A stretch of DNA of 63,546 nucleotides, filler included, from 6 parts of 6 records of this genome joined end to end with filler, not necessarily neighbours in it; one strand, 5' to 3'. Positions 28,550-38,803 are shown, counted from the first letter of the whole stretch. The notes: generated from the letters alone by a model not told the origin. Numbers and translations are program-made.

Positions 28550-29885
28550 TCTCTTCTTTAAGCTCATTAATAGTCAGTTTTATTCGCTTCACTTTTCGAG
28601 CATCTGCCGCTTCTATGTGAAAGATATAATTTGAGAATTTTACTTTCTCGCCCTTCTTTAAAATTTTACCGGCTTGTTCAATTGCAAAGCCAGCTAATGT
28701 ATCTGATTCAGACTTTGCCTCTTCAAATTCAGATCCATCTATATCAAGCACCTTATAAATATCAACCAAAGGCGTTTTACCTTCAAAAATATAGTTGAAA
28801 TCGTCCAATTTAGAATACGCCAAGTCATCATCATCAAATTCATCAGCTATATCTCCAACGATCTCTTCTAAGACATCTTCTAAGGTTACAATTCCTGAGG
28901 TACCTCCATATTCATCAACCACCACAGCCATATGCATTTTCAGTTCTTGAAAATCATTCATTAAATCATCAATCTTTTTATTCTCAGGAACAAAGTATGC
29001 CTCACGTCTTAACTTTTGCCATTCAAAATCATCTCCCTCTTCAAGATAGGGTAAGAGATCTTTAATAAATAAAATACCTTCAATGTTGTCGAAGCTCTCT
29101 TTAAAAACTGGAATTCTCGAGAATTTAGTTTCTTCCAGTCTTTGGTAAATTTCACTAAATCCTGATTCAATATTAATGGCCTCAACATCTACTCTCGGCC
29201 TCATAATCTGTTTTACATCCTTTTCACCAAAACGAACAATATCCTGCCAGATTTTTTTGTCATTTTGATCGGCATTTTCACCAATTGTTAATTCCACTGC
29301 TTGCGTCAACTCATCTGTTGAAACGTTGTGCGATTTTACAGTTCCTAAATTGCTGATAACAGACGTTCCTTTTACCAAGCCCATTCTCAACCAACTAAAA
29401 GGAGGTAATTTACTCACAAAGGATAACGGCTTTGCCATTAAAAGTGACATCTTTTTACCATTTTTTGTTGCATAAATTTTAGGAATGACCTCCCCAAACA
29501 ACAACAATAAAAAGGTAATAGCTATAACGTCAATTAAAAATTTAGCGGTTACACCTAGTGATTCAACCGGAAAAAGTATAGCTGAAATATAGGTGGATAG
29601 AATGATGATGCCAACGTTAATAAAATTGTTGGCAATCAAGATAATGGCTAATAAATGCTTTGGTTTATCGAGTAATGATATGGCAATTTTGGAAGATTTA
29701 GTTTGATCGTTTTCAAGTTCTTCTAGATCTGCTGGGCCTAATGAAAAAAAGGCTACTTCTGAACCGGATATTAGCGCAGACATCAACAACATCACCACCA
29801 AAATGAGCCCCCCTGCTATTAAAGGAACCATTTGGGTACTCATATCAATTGCTGCAATAATTTGTGGTTGAAGGGGAATATCCAA
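28542..29885 (-). CDS. gldE: Gliding motility-associated protein GldE (CNNM-CBS-CorC)
   Basis: SGSEVAFFSL, LLFGEVIPK, SRIPV and VVDEYGGTSGIVTLEDVLEEIVG; canonical ssb-gldE-gldD order. Confidence 0.9.
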   Translation of the reverse strand: MDIPLQPQIIAAIDMSTQMVPLIAGGLILVVMLLMSALISGSEVAFFSLGPADLEELENDQTKSSKIAISLLDKPKHLLAIILIANNFINVGIIILSTYISAILFPVESLGVTAKFLIDVIAITFLLLLFGEVIPKIYATKNGKKMSLLMAKPLSFVSKLPPFSWLRMGLVKGTSVISNLGTVKSHNVSTDELTQAVELTIGENADQNDKKIWQDIVRFGEKDVKQIMRPRVDVEAINIESGFSEIYQRLEETKFSRIPVFKESFDNIEGILFIKDLLPYLEEGDDFEWQKLRREAYFVPENKKIDDLMNDFQELKMHMAVVVDEYGGTSGIVTLEDVLEEIVGDIADEFDDDDLAYSKLDDFNYIFEGKTPLVDIYKVLDIDGSEFEEAKSESDTLAGFAIEQAGKILKKGEKVKFSNYIFHIEAADARKVKRIKLTINELKEENE

Positions 29886-29905
29886 ATTTCAATAATTCGT
29901 GAAAC

Positions 29906-30352
29906 TTAAAATGGAAGATCATCATCTGGCTGTGCAGACAAATCTTGATCCATAGGTTGTACAGGTTTGTTCTCTGTACTATTCGGGTAATTGGTTTGCG
30001 CCTGGCCTGAGTTCTCTGCTCTTGATAACATAGTCATTTGATCAGCTACAACTTCAGTAGTATATCTCGTTTGATTATTTTCATCATTCCAAGATCTGGT
30101 TTTGAGTTTCCCTTCGATATACACTTTCATGCCTTTCTTAAGGTACTTTTCTGCCACTGTCGCTAAACCTCTCCACAAAACTATGTTATGCCAATCAGTA
30201 ATCTCTCTTTTCTCACCTGTGTTTTTGTCATTGTAAGATTCAGATGTCGCAATTGAAAAATTGGCAACAGGAACACCACTCTCAAGATATCTTACCTCAG
30301 GATCTTTCCCTAAATTTCCAATTAAAATCACCTTATTTACACTGCCGGCCAT
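29906..30352 (-). CDS. ssb: Single-stranded DNA-binding protein
   Basis: [16 protein letters not shown]...DDDLPF. Confidence 0.97.
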   Translation of the reverse strand: MAGSVNKVILIGNLGKDPEVRYLESGVPVANFSIATSESYNDKNTGEKREITDWHNIVLWRGLATVAEKYLKKGMKVYIEGKLKTRSWNDENNQTRYTTEVVADQMTMLSRAENSGQAQTNYPNSTENKPVQPMDQDLSAQPDDDLPF

Positions 30353-30382
30353 AACTTTACTTTGTTGTTATATCAAATATAG

Positions 30383-31423
30383 TTAATCTCCCTTGAACAG
30401 AGTAGAAGATTCAATATATCTTATCAACAGTTGCGGCATTGGAAAATCATCTAGCTCTTCTAAATTTACAATGATATGATCTGAAGATTGATCTACTAAT
30501 CCTTTTCTTTTAACCATCCAAAAATTTGCAAAAATCCGTTGATGCGACAAAACATGCTTGAATTTACCCTGATGTTCGATTAATTCAAAACCATTTTTTA
30601 AAGCGATTTCCGTAATATCGGCGTCATCAATTTTCGACTCAATTAAAGGAAAATCATAGAGACCCTCCCAGACATCTTTTGGCCCCCTCTTTTTTAATAA
30701 AATTGTTTCATCCTCTAAAGCAACCAAATAATGAAAATATCGAGAGGTAACCTTGAGCTTTTTTTCTTTCACCGGCAACTCATTCACCAAATTAAGTTCT
30801 CTGGCAATGCATGATTCTTGTAAAGGACACTCTCCGCACAAAGGATTCTTTGGTTTACATACCATGGCCCCCATTTCCATAATGGCCTGATTATGCGTTG
30901 CAGGGTCGGTGGTATCCAATAGCTGTTCAGCAACTAACTTGAATTCCTTTTTACCTGCGGTACTGTCAATTGGGGTGTTTATGTTGAAATATCGAGATAA
31001 TAATCGATACACATTACCATCAACAACAGCATGTGGCAAATCAAATGCAAAAGATGCGATTGCAGAAGCCGTATAATCTCCAACTCCTTTTAGGGCTAAT
31101 ATCTCTTTATAATTATTTGGAAAAACTCCATTGCATTCATCTCGAATATACTTGGCTGCAGCATGTAAATTTCTTGCGCGAGAATAATAACCTAAACCCT
31201 GCCAGAGGTTCAAAACTTCATCTTGTCTGGCATTTGCTAGTAATTCTACGCTCGGATAATCGCGTATAAACCGCAGGTAATACTCCATTCCTTGATCAAC
31301 TCGAGTCTGTTGTAAGATGATTTCTGAAAGCCAAATTTTATAAGGGTCTTTGGTTTCCCTCCATGGAAGATTTCGATAGTTTAATCGATACCAAGCTGTT
31401 ATTAATGTTGAAAATCTATCCAT
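30383..31423 (-). CDS. mutY: A/G-specific adenine glycosylase
   Basis: LPWR, SEIILQQT, WQGLGYYSRARN, VDGNVYR and the Fe-S motif CKPKNPLCGECPLQESC. Confidence 0.95.
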   Translation of the reverse strand: MDRFSTLITAWYRLNYRNLPWRETKDPYKIWLSEIILQQTRVDQGMEYYLRFIRDYPSVELLANARQDEVLNLWQGLGYYSRARNLHAAAKYIRDECNGVFPNNYKEILALKGVGDYTASAIASFAFDLPHAVVDGNVYRLLSRYFNINTPIDSTAGKKEFKLVAEQLLDTTDPATHNQAIMEMGAMVCKPKNPLCGECPLQESCIARELNLVNELPVKEKKLKVTSRYFHYLVALEDETILLKKRGPKDVWEGLYDFPLIESKIDDADITEIALKNGFELIEHQGKFKHVLSHQRIFANFWMVKRKGLVDQSSDHIIVNLEELDDFPMPQLLIRYIESSTLFKGD

Positions 31424-31522
31424 TGAGATAAAAAAAACAAAGTTCCGTCTAATTTTTCGTTTTGGTCAGTTTAAAACAATTATTTTTGCACTCGAATTTA
31501 AATGATTTAAAATAAACCAGTT

Positions 31523-31813
31523 ATGACAAAAGCAGATATAGTAACACAAATCTCTGACAAGACAGGAATTGAGAAAGTTGCAGTTCAAGCAACAGTGGAG
31601 GCGTTTATGGATTCAGTAAAAGGATCTTTATCAAAAGGAGATAACGTTTACTTAAGAGGATTTGGATCTTTCATTATAAAAGAAAGAGCAGAGAAAACAG
31701 GAAGAAACATTTCTAAGAATGAATCTATCATCATCCCTGCACACAATATCCCTGCATTTAAACCTGCAAAAACATTTGTTGAAAACGTAAAAGAAAAAGT
31801 AGCAGTTAAGTAA
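31523..31813 (+). CDS. HU family DNA-binding protein
   Basis: MTKADIV, VYLRGFGSF, GRN and PAFKPAK; -7 element TATTTTTG at 31481-31488. Confidence 0.95.
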   Translation: MTKADIVTQISDKTGIEKVAVQATVEAFMDSVKGSLSKGDNVYLRGFGSFIIKERAEKTGRNISKNESIIIPAHNIPAFKPAKTFVENVKEKVAVK

Positions 31814-31874
31814 GCTTTTCTAATTACGAATAGTTTTTATATCTTTGTCTCCCGATTTAAAATGGAGAACTATC

Positions 31875-31902
31875 AAACTTCCTGGAAATCAGGAAGTTTT
31901 TT
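31875..31902 (+). terminator. Intrinsic-terminator-like hairpin
   Basis: AAACTTCCTG-GAAAT-CAGGAAGTTT-TTT. Confidence 0.7.
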
Positions 31903-31943
31903 ATATAAAAACACTTTAAAAGATTAATTAAAAACATTCTATT

Positions 31944-32036
31944 ATGCCAAGCGGTAAAAAAAGAAAGAGACATAAGATGTCTACTCACAAAAGAAAGAAG
32001 AGACTAAGAAAGAACAGACACAAAAAGAAAAAATAA
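31944..32036 (+). CDS. 30S ribosomal protein bS22 (AURKAIP1/COX24-domain, mS38-like), 30 aa
   Basis: Manual translation MPSGKKRKRHKMSTHKRKKRLRKNRHKKKK*, below the ORF-track cut-off; -7 element TATCTTTG at 31840-31847. Confidence 0.88.
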   Translation: MPSGKKRKRHKMSTHKRKKRLRKNRHKKKK

Positions 32037-32072
32037 GCTTTAAACAGTTTATTTAATATTCTAAAAAGTCTT

Positions 32073-32108
32073 AGTAAAACTTGATGGTACGAACTGTCAA
32101 GTTTTACT
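32073..32108 (+). other. Long intergenic RNA hairpin upstream of rng
   Basis: AGTAAAACTTGA...TCAAGTTTTACT forms a perfect 12-bp stem, extendable to 16 bp with G-U pairs, with an ACGA loop. Confidence 0.65.
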
Positions 32109-32129
32109 TATTTATTAAAACTTCATACT

Positions 32130-33680
32130 GTGAGTTTCGAGTTAGTAGTTAATTCAAAGCCTAGCGGAATTTGGATTGCTTTACTACGTGAGGGGAAGTT
32201 ATTGGAACTTCACGAAGAAAAAGGAAATACAGATTTCTCTGTAGGCGACATTTACCTAGGGAAAGTACGAAAAGTAGTACCAAGCTTAAACGCTGCATTT
32301 GTTAATGTAGGTTACGAAAAAGATGCATTCCTACATTACCATGATTTAGGTCCCCAATTTCAATCATTAAACAAGTTTACGCAAGACACCTTAAGAGGCA
32401 AACAAAGCGTTTCTGACCTTCTTTACTTCAAATCTGAAAAAGATATTGATAAGAATGGTAAGATTACAGATGTACTTTCTGCGAATAGAGATGTTCTTGT
32501 TCAAGTAGTGAAAGAACCTATCTCAGCAAAAGGACCAAGATTAAATTCTGAGGTTACTTTAGCCGGTAGATATATCGTACTTGTTCCCTTTTCAAATAAA
32601 ATATCCATCTCTCAAAAAATAAAGGATTATGCTGAGCGTGATCGTTTAAGAGATATACTCAAAAGCATTCTTCCTAAAAACTTTGGTGTAATTATACGCA
32701 CCGTAGCGAAGGATAGAAAAATTATTGAGATTGATAATGACTTGAAAAATTTGGTTGAGCGTTGGAAAAAGATGCACAGCAATTTGCAAAACTCTAAGCC
32801 CCCTAAACGCGTGCTTGGAGAGTTAAACAGAGCGTCATCTTTATTGAGAGATACCTTGAATGCTGATTTCACTAAAATTCATGTGAATGATGATGATTTG
32901 TTAGAGGAGATGAAAACCTACATCACGAGCATTGCTCCAAAAAGGGTAAACATCTTACAGAAGTACTCTGGCAAACATGATATTTTTGAGCATTTTGGAA
33001 TCAACAAACAGATCAAAACATTATTCGGTAAAAAAGTTCCATTAGCAAGCGGAGGCTACCTAATTATTGAACATACTGAAGCCATGCACGTGGTTGATGT
33101 AAACTCAGGAAATCGTTCAGTTAAAGGTGATTCTCAAGAAAAGAATGCCTTGGCTGTGAATCTTGAGTCGGCCGAAGAACTTGCACGAGTTATGCGTTTG
33201 CGTGATATGGGCGGAATTATTTGCGTTGATTTTATCGACATGCATTCGCGTGAAAACAATAAACTTTTACATCAAAAGATGAAAGAGTTTATGAAAACCG
33301 ATAAGGCAAAGCACTCCGTTATCGCACCATCCAAATTTGGGGTTGTTGAAATCACCAGACAACGAGTTAGACCAGTTACCAATATTGAAACTAAAGAGGT
33401 CTGTCCAACTTGTGAAGGAACTGGTAAAATTCAAGCCTCATTGATGTTTGCTGATGAAATTGAAAACGAACTAACTTACTTGATCAAAGACAGAAAAGAG
33501 AAATCAATCAGTCTGCATGTTCACCCTTATCTTGAGGGTTACTTCAAGAAAGGGTTAATTTCAAGACGTTTTCAATGGTATAGAAAACACAAAAAGTGGA
33601 TAAAGGTAGTAGCAGACAGTAATATGAACGTTATGGAACATAAATTCTTTAACGGTAATAACGAGCCGATTAAAATTTAA
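32130..33680 (+). CDS. rng: Rne/Rng family ribonuclease (RNase G-like)
   Basis: S1 domain VGDIYLGKV..NAAFV; KEPISAKGPRL, VVDVNSG, LRDMGGIICVDFIDM and CPTCEGTG. Confidence 0.93.
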   Translation: MSFELVVNSKPSGIWIALLREGKLLELHEEKGNTDFSVGDIYLGKVRKVVPSLNAAFVNVGYEKDAFLHYHDLGPQFQSLNKFTQDTLRGKQSVSDLLYFKSEKDIDKNGKITDVLSANRDVLVQVVKEPISAKGPRLNSEVTLAGRYIVLVPFSNKISISQKIKDYAERDRLRDILKSILPKNFGVIIRTVAKDRKIIEIDNDLKNLVERWKKMHSNLQNSKPPKRVLGELNRASSLLRDTLNADFTKIHVNDDDLLEEMKTYITSIAPKRVNILQKYSGKHDIFEHFGINKQIKTLFGKKVPLASGGYLIIEHTEAMHVVDVNSGNRSVKGDSQEKNALAVNLESAEELARVMRLRDMGGIICVDFIDMHSRENNKLLHQKMKEFMKTDKAKHSVIAPSKFGVVEITRQRVRPVTNIETKEVCPTCEGTGKIQASLMFADEIENELTYLIKDRKEKSISLHVHPYLEGYFKKGLISRRFQWYRKHKKWIKVVADSNMNVMEHKFFNGNNEPIKI

Positions 33681-33682
33681 AT

Positions 33683-34150
33683 TTGGATCAAAAGCCTAAA
33701 TATCAATTATTAGAGGCTAAGCATAAAATTGAGGCATTCTGCGCCTATCAAGAACGGTGTGATGCAGAAGTGCGAAAGAAACTGCACTCATGGAATATGC
33801 CTCACGATCATGTTGATATTTTGATTTCAGATTTAATTTCCAACAACTTTTTAAATGAAGAACGATTTGCCTGTGCATTTGTATCAGGCAAATTTCGTAT
33901 TAAGCGTTGGGGTAGAATAAAAATCAAGCAACATTTAAAGCAAAAACGCATTTCTGATTATTCTATCAATAAAGGAATGGAAGAAATAAACGAAGATGAA
34001 TATTTGCAAACCATCCAAGATTTAATTGCAAGTAAAAGTCGGTTGACAAAGTTCAAAGACAAATGGGACCGCAAGGCCAAATTGAGTCGTTATCTAGCTT
34101 CTAAAGGGTATGAGAGTTATCTGATTGTTGAGGCACTTGGAGATGATTGA
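33683..34150 (+). CDS. recX: Regulatory protein RecX
   Basis: FCAYQERC..EV, NFLNEERFA, KRWGRIKI and YLASKGY. Confidence 0.9.
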   Translation: MDQKPKYQLLEAKHKIEAFCAYQERCDAEVRKKLHSWNMPHDHVDILISDLISNNFLNEERFACAFVSGKFRIKRWGRIKIKQHLKQKRISDYSINKGMEEINEDEYLQTIQDLIASKSRLTKFKDKWDRKAKLSRYLASKGYESYLIVEALGDD

Positions 34151-34189
34151 TTGGTGATTGGTAATTGGTGATTGGTGATTGGTGATTGG
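34149..34189 (+). repeat. Heptamer tandem repeat (GATTGGT)n, ~6 copies, running into the contig end
   Basis: gattggt gattggt aattggt gattggt gattggt gattgg. Confidence 0.9.
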
Positions 34190-34289
34190 NNNNNNNNNNN
34201 NNNNNNNNNNNNNNNNNNNNNNNNNNNNNNNNNTTAATTAATTAANNNNNNNNNNNNNNNNNNNNNNNNNNNNNNNNNNNNNNNNNNNN
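34190..34289. other. Artificial contig linker
   Basis: N44-TTAATTAATTAA-N44. Confidence 0.98.
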
Positions 34290-34290
34290 A

Positions 34291-34785
34291 GCCAAAATCT
34301 ATGCAGAACTTGTAGGTGGTGGCATGACTGCTGACGCACATCATATTACTGCTCCTCACCCGGAAGGATTAGGAGCTAGTAGCGTAATGAAAATCGCTTT
34401 AGATGATGCAAACCTTAAACCTGAAGACATAGATTACATCAATGTTCATGGTACGTCCACCCCATTAGGTGACGTAGGTGAGACTAAAGCTATTCAGCAA
34501 GTTTTTGGTGAACATGCTTACAAGCTTAACATCAGTAGCACCAAATCAATGACTGGCCATTTACTTGGTGCAGCAGGAGCTATCGAAGCCATCGCTTGTA
34601 TTTTCGCTATCAATAAGGGTATTGTACCTCCTACGATCAATCATTTCGAAGACGATGAGGCATTTGATCCTAGATTAAATTTGACTTTCAACAAAGCTCA
34701 GAAGAGAGAGATTAATTATGCGTTGAGTAATACCTTTGGATTTGGTGGACATAACTGTTCAGTAATTTTCAAAAAATATAATTAA
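34291..34785 (+). CDS. fabF: Beta-ketoacyl-ACP synthase II, 5'-truncated
   Basis: [43 protein letters not shown] and [10 protein letters not shown]; upstream of rnc. Confidence 0.93.
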   Translation, partial: AKIYAELVGGGMTADAHHITAPHPEGLGASSVMKIALDDANLKPEDIDYINVHGTSTPLGDVGETKAIQQVFGEHAYKLNISSTKSMTGHLLGAAGAIEAIACIFAINKGIVPPTINHFEDDEAFDPRLNLTFNKAQKREINYALSNTFGFGGHNCSVIFKKYN

Positions 34786-34793
34786 TCTGGATT

Positions 34794-35534
34794 TTGAAAT
34801 TAATTCAAAGGCTCGGATTTTCTAATCTCTTCTTTAGTAAAAAAGACAAAAGGCTTGCTGCCTCCATCAGATTGATGACGGGGAGCAGGCCTTTTAATTT
34901 ATCACTATACAAGCTTGCACTCACCCCTTCCAGCTTAGGAGAAGAAACATCCCAGGGATTCCGACTTTCAAACGAGCGATTAGAATTCCTAGGCGATGCA
35001 ATTTTAGGTGCGGTGATAGCTGAGTTTTTATTTCAAAAATTCCCATTTCGCGATGAAGGGTTTCTCACAGAAACACGTTCAAAGCTTGTCAATAGGGAAA
35101 CATTGAACGATACCGGAATCAAAATTGGATTACGGAAAGCATTGGACATGGAAATTGGGGAGCGTAGTTTCACCGGAAACAAATCCCTATATGGTGATAT
35201 GTTAGAGGCTTTTCTTGGAGCTATTTACCTGGACAAAGGCTACCATTTCACCAAGCATTTCATCACCCATAGAATCCTACTTCACTTTGATGTAGAAAGT
35301 ATCATCGCCACTACAACGAATTACAAAAGTAAAATTATCGAGTGGTCTCAAAAGGAAAATAAACAAGTAGAATTTTCAGTGCTCAGCGTAACTGGTAACC
35401 AAAGGTTCAAAGAATTTAAGGTTGCTTTGCAGGTAGAAGGAGAAGAAGTAGCACAAGGAAAAGGAAGCACCAAAAAGAAAGCTGAGCAGGAAGCTTCCAA
35501 AAATGCCTGCGAAACACTAAGAATTGCCACATAG
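34794..35534 (+). CDS. rnc: Ribonuclease III
   Basis: Signature NERLEFLGDA; EAFLGAIYLD; dsRBD NYKS...KKKAEQEAS. Confidence 0.95.
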   Translation: MKLIQRLGFSNLFFSKKDKRLAASIRLMTGSRPFNLSLYKLALTPSSLGEETSQGFRLSNERLEFLGDAILGAVIAEFLFQKFPFRDEGFLTETRSKLVNRETLNDTGIKIGLRKALDMEIGERSFTGNKSLYGDMLEAFLGAIYLDKGYHFTKHFITHRILLHFDVESIIATTTNYKSKIIEWSQKENKQVEFSVLSVTGNQRFKEFKVALQVEGEEVAQGKGSTKKKAEQEASKNACETLRIAT

Positions 35535-35566
35535 CTGCGTAATTTTAGGCTCAATCACATCTATTT

Positions 35567-37405
35567 ATGTCTTCAATAAAAATAGCAGGAGCTACCGTCA
35601 ATCAAACACCACTAGATTGGTCAGGCAATTTGAATAGGATCTTTCAGGCTATAGAGGAAGCTAAAAATCAAGATGTCGAAATTCTCTGCTTGCCTGAACT
35701 AGCTATCACAGGGTATGGATCTGAAGATTTATTTTTAAGTTATTGGTATCCTAAGAAAGCACTTGCTCAATTAGAACTGATTTTACCTCATTGCTTAGGA
35801 ATTACAGTGGCAGTCGGTTTGCCGATACGAATTCAGGACAAAGTTTATAATTGCGTTGCTGTCATTGAAAATGGAATTGTAAAAGGTTTTGTAGCAAAGC
35901 AGTTCATGGCTATTGATGGGGTACATTACGAATTTCGTTGGTTTACCCCTTGGATAGCTAATGAAGTAATTCAGGTAGAATTTCAAGATCAGCAAGTTCC
36001 ATTTGGAGACTTAACTTTTTATCATAAAGACATTCATTTCGGTTTTGAAATCTGTGAAGATGCCTGGAGAGGAAAGGTTAGACCTGGCTACAGGCTCTGT
36101 GAGCGTAACGTAGATTTGATTTTCAATCCCAGCGCTAGTCACTTTGCTATGGGAAAAACTCAGCTTCGTAAAGAACTAGTTGTGGAAAGCTCAGCGGCTT
36201 TCGACTGCTATTATTGCTATGCAAATTTGCTGGGAAACGAGGCTGGAAGAATGATTTTCGATGGGGAAATTCTATTGGCAAAATCAGGAGAATTACTCTC
36301 TAGAAACAGACTTCTTTCTTACGAAGACTTTCAGGTAAAATCCTTTTATCTAGAACCAAAAACTCAGGACATCGCTCCTATCAACTCAAAAAATGAGGAA
36401 TTTGTCCAAGCTTCGGCTTTGGCACTTTTTGATTACATGAGAAAAAGTCGGAGCGCTGGTTTTGTACTCTCTCTTTCAGGTGGAGCCGATTCTTCTTCCA
36501 TTGCAATTTTAGTTGCAGAAATGGTGAAGCGCGGAATTGATGAATTGGGTCTGCTGAAATTTTGTGATAAAGCTGGAATAAAAAATACTCCTACTTCTCA
36601 AACCCCGGAAAAAGAATTGCTTAAGCAGATTCTGACAACTGCATATCAAGGAACCAAAAACTCTTCAGATGACACGTTTTCTTCAGCTAAAACTCTTGCG
36701 GAAAGTATAGGTGCCACATTCTACCACTGGGAGATTGACGAAGAAGTGAACTCCTACACTTCTAAGATAGAAAAAGCAATAGGGAGAAAATTGACTTGGG
36801 AGCAAGATGATATCACGCTTCAAAATATCCAAGCACGTACTCGCTCGCCTATAATCTGGATGCTAGCGAATATCAATAATGCCCTTTTACTCTCTACTTC
36901 CAATCGAAGTGAAGGCGATGTTGGTTATGCCACTATGGATGGGGATACCTCTGGAAGTATCTCTCCGATTGCGGCTGTAGATAAATATTTCATCCTAAAC
37001 TGGCTAAGCTGGGCAGAGAAAAACTTGGATCATCCAGGCTTGTCAAAGGTAAACTCGCTCCAACCAACGGCAGAACTTCGTCCATTGGAAAGAACCCAAA
37101 CGGACGAAAAGGATTTAATGCCTTACTCAGTTATTGTAGAAATTGAAAAACTTGCAATTCGGGACAGACGTTCACCAATGGATATTTATCATATTCTTTC
37201 TGAAGAACTAAAATTGGAACCTTACACTTTGAAAGGCTATATCAAAAAATTCTTCCAACTTTGGTCCCGAAATCAATGGAAACGTGAGCGCCTTGCCCCC
37301 TCATTTCATCTGGACGAATTTAACGTAGATCCCAAAACTTGGTATAGATTCCCGATTTTGTCGGGAGGATTTGCTGAAGAACTTGCACAATTAGATCAAC
37401 TATAA
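35567..37405 (+). CDS. nadE: Glutamine-dependent NAD+ synthetase
   Basis: Nitrilase domain (PELAITGY, EICEDAW) plus synthetase domain (LSGGADS, QNIQAR, NRSE..VGYATMDGD, PTAEL). Confidence 0.93.
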   Translation: MSSIKIAGATVNQTPLDWSGNLNRIFQAIEEAKNQDVEILCLPELAITGYGSEDLFLSYWYPKKALAQLELILPHCLGITVAVGLPIRIQDKVYNCVAVIENGIVKGFVAKQFMAIDGVHYEFRWFTPWIANEVIQVEFQDQQVPFGDLTFYHKDIHFGFEICEDAWRGKVRPGYRLCERNVDLIFNPSASHFAMGKTQLRKELVVESSAAFDCYYCYANLLGNEAGRMIFDGEILLAKSGELLSRNRLLSYEDFQVKSFYLEPKTQDIAPINSKNEEFVQASALALFDYMRKSRSAGFVLSLSGGADSSSIAILVAEMVKRGIDELGLLKFCDKAGIKNTPTSQTPEKELLKQILTTAYQGTKNSSDDTFSSAKTLAESIGATFYHWEIDEEVNSYTSKIEKAIGRKLTWEQDDITLQNIQARTRSPIIWMLANINNALLLSTSNRSEGDVGYATMDGDTSGSISPIAAVDKYFILNWLSWAEKNLDHPGLSKVNSLQPTAELRPLERTQTDEKDLMPYSVIVEIEKLAIRDRRSPMDIYHILSEELKLEPYTLKGYIKKFFQLWSRNQWKRERLAPSFHLDEFNVDPKTWYRFPILSGGFAEELAQLDQL

Positions 37406-37415
37406 ATCAATAAAT

Positions 37416-38519
37416 ATGCTTGAATTAATCATGAACTATATCGTCTGGGATCCTAGCCCATCTGTGATTCCTGGCTGGGAAAGACCACCTTGGTATAGTA
37501 TTTTATTTGCGGCAGGGTTTGTCATTTCGCAGCAATTCATGGTTCACTTCTTCAAAAAAGAGGGGCAAAATCCAGAATTAGTTGATAAACTGACGATTTA
37601 CATGGTTATTGCCACCATAGTTGGAGCTAGGCTAGGACACGTATTATTCTATGAGCCTGCAAAATACTTAAGCAATCCCATTGAGATTTTAAAAGTTTGG
37701 GAAGGTGGATTAGCAAGTCATGGAGCTGCTATTGCTATCTTATTTGCGCTCTGGTTATACGCAAAAAGAACTCCCGGACAAAGTTACCTCTGGGTTGTGG
37801 ATCGAATAGTAATCGTCACGGCACTGACTGGAGCGTTGATCCGCTTTGGTAATTTGATGAATTCAGAAATCGGCGGAAAAGATACGGGATCTGATTATGG
37901 AATAGTTTACGCTTGGGACACTGAGGAGTTACTTTCCACATTGAAAGTTCCTGTGGAGTCTATAGATCCTTACAAACCTACAGATCGCGAGAGTGAATTG
38001 GTAGGCAATGGAATAGTCCCATTGAATATTGATCTGGAAATTAATAAAGGATCCTATAGTCTTGAAGAACTGGAAACGACCTTGAGACGGGATATTAAAT
38101 ATGCACTGACACAATTCAGTTCTAGTCAAGATTATTTAGCTGAACCTGTCGAAAGTCCGCTTAACATGAGCATCTCAGATAAAGGAGACTATTATTTAGT
38201 GACTGTTCTGACATTTGGCAGGACCAAACACCCAACACAAATCTATGAGTCCCTATCCTACTTTGTGATTTTCTTGGTGCTATTTGGTCTTTGGAACAAA
38301 TACAAGGAAAGATTGCCTGAAGGAATTCTACTTGGATTATTCTTGATTTCAGTATTCGGTATGCGATTTATCTGGGAATTCTTCAAAGAAAGCCAGGTCG
38401 CATTTGAAGATGGAATGGCTTTCAATATGGGACAGCTATTGAGTGTCCCTCTCGTAATTGCCGGAATAATTCTCGTGATTCGAGCGATGAAAAATGGCTT
38501 AAAACCTATAAATAATTAA
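37416..38519 (+). CDS. lgt: Prolipoprotein diacylglyceryl transferase
   Basis: [43 protein letters not shown] and MGQLLS. Confidence 0.93.
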   Translation: MLELIMNYIVWDPSPSVIPGWERPPWYSILFAAGFVISQQFMVHFFKKEGQNPELVDKLTIYMVIATIVGARLGHVLFYEPAKYLSNPIEILKVWEGGLASHGAAIAILFALWLYAKRTPGQSYLWVVDRIVIVTALTGALIRFGNLMNSEIGGKDTGSDYGIVYAWDTEELLSTLKVPVESIDPYKPTDRESELVGNGIVPLNIDLEINKGSYSLEELETTLRRDIKYALTQFSSSQDYLAEPVESPLNMSISDKGDYYLVTVLTFGRTKHPTQIYESLSYFVIFLVLFGLWNKYKERLPEGILLGLFLISVFGMRFIWEFFKESQVAFEDGMAFNMGQLLSVPLVIAGIILVIRAMKNGLKPINN

Positions 38520-38740
38520 GGAACTGGATCATGCCCGTGTCCTCCCCAGGGATGGCAACGGGCAATTCTCTTCAGACCCATCCAGCCTCCGCTGAAGACT
38601 CCATGCTTCATGATAGCTTCTTTCATATAATGGCTGCACGTAGGTGTATATCTACAGCTAGAAGGAAATAAGGGAGAAATGGTGTATTGATACACCAAGA
38701 CTGGAAATATAGCTATCTTTCGAAGTATGGATTTTGCCAT
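38516..38740 (-). CDS. yidD: Membrane protein insertion efficiency factor YidD
   Basis: YQYTISP...[10 protein letters not shown]...[17 protein letters not shown]. Confidence 0.95.
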   Translation of the reverse strand: MAKSILRKIAIFPVLVYQYTISPLFPSSCRYTPTCSHYMKEAIMKHGVFSGGWMGLKRIARCHPWGGHGHDPVP

Positions 38741-38803
38741 GGATTAGTCCTATAATTGTGGTCGCTACGTAATTAACCAATATCAACATTTTAGAATTCC
38801 CTC

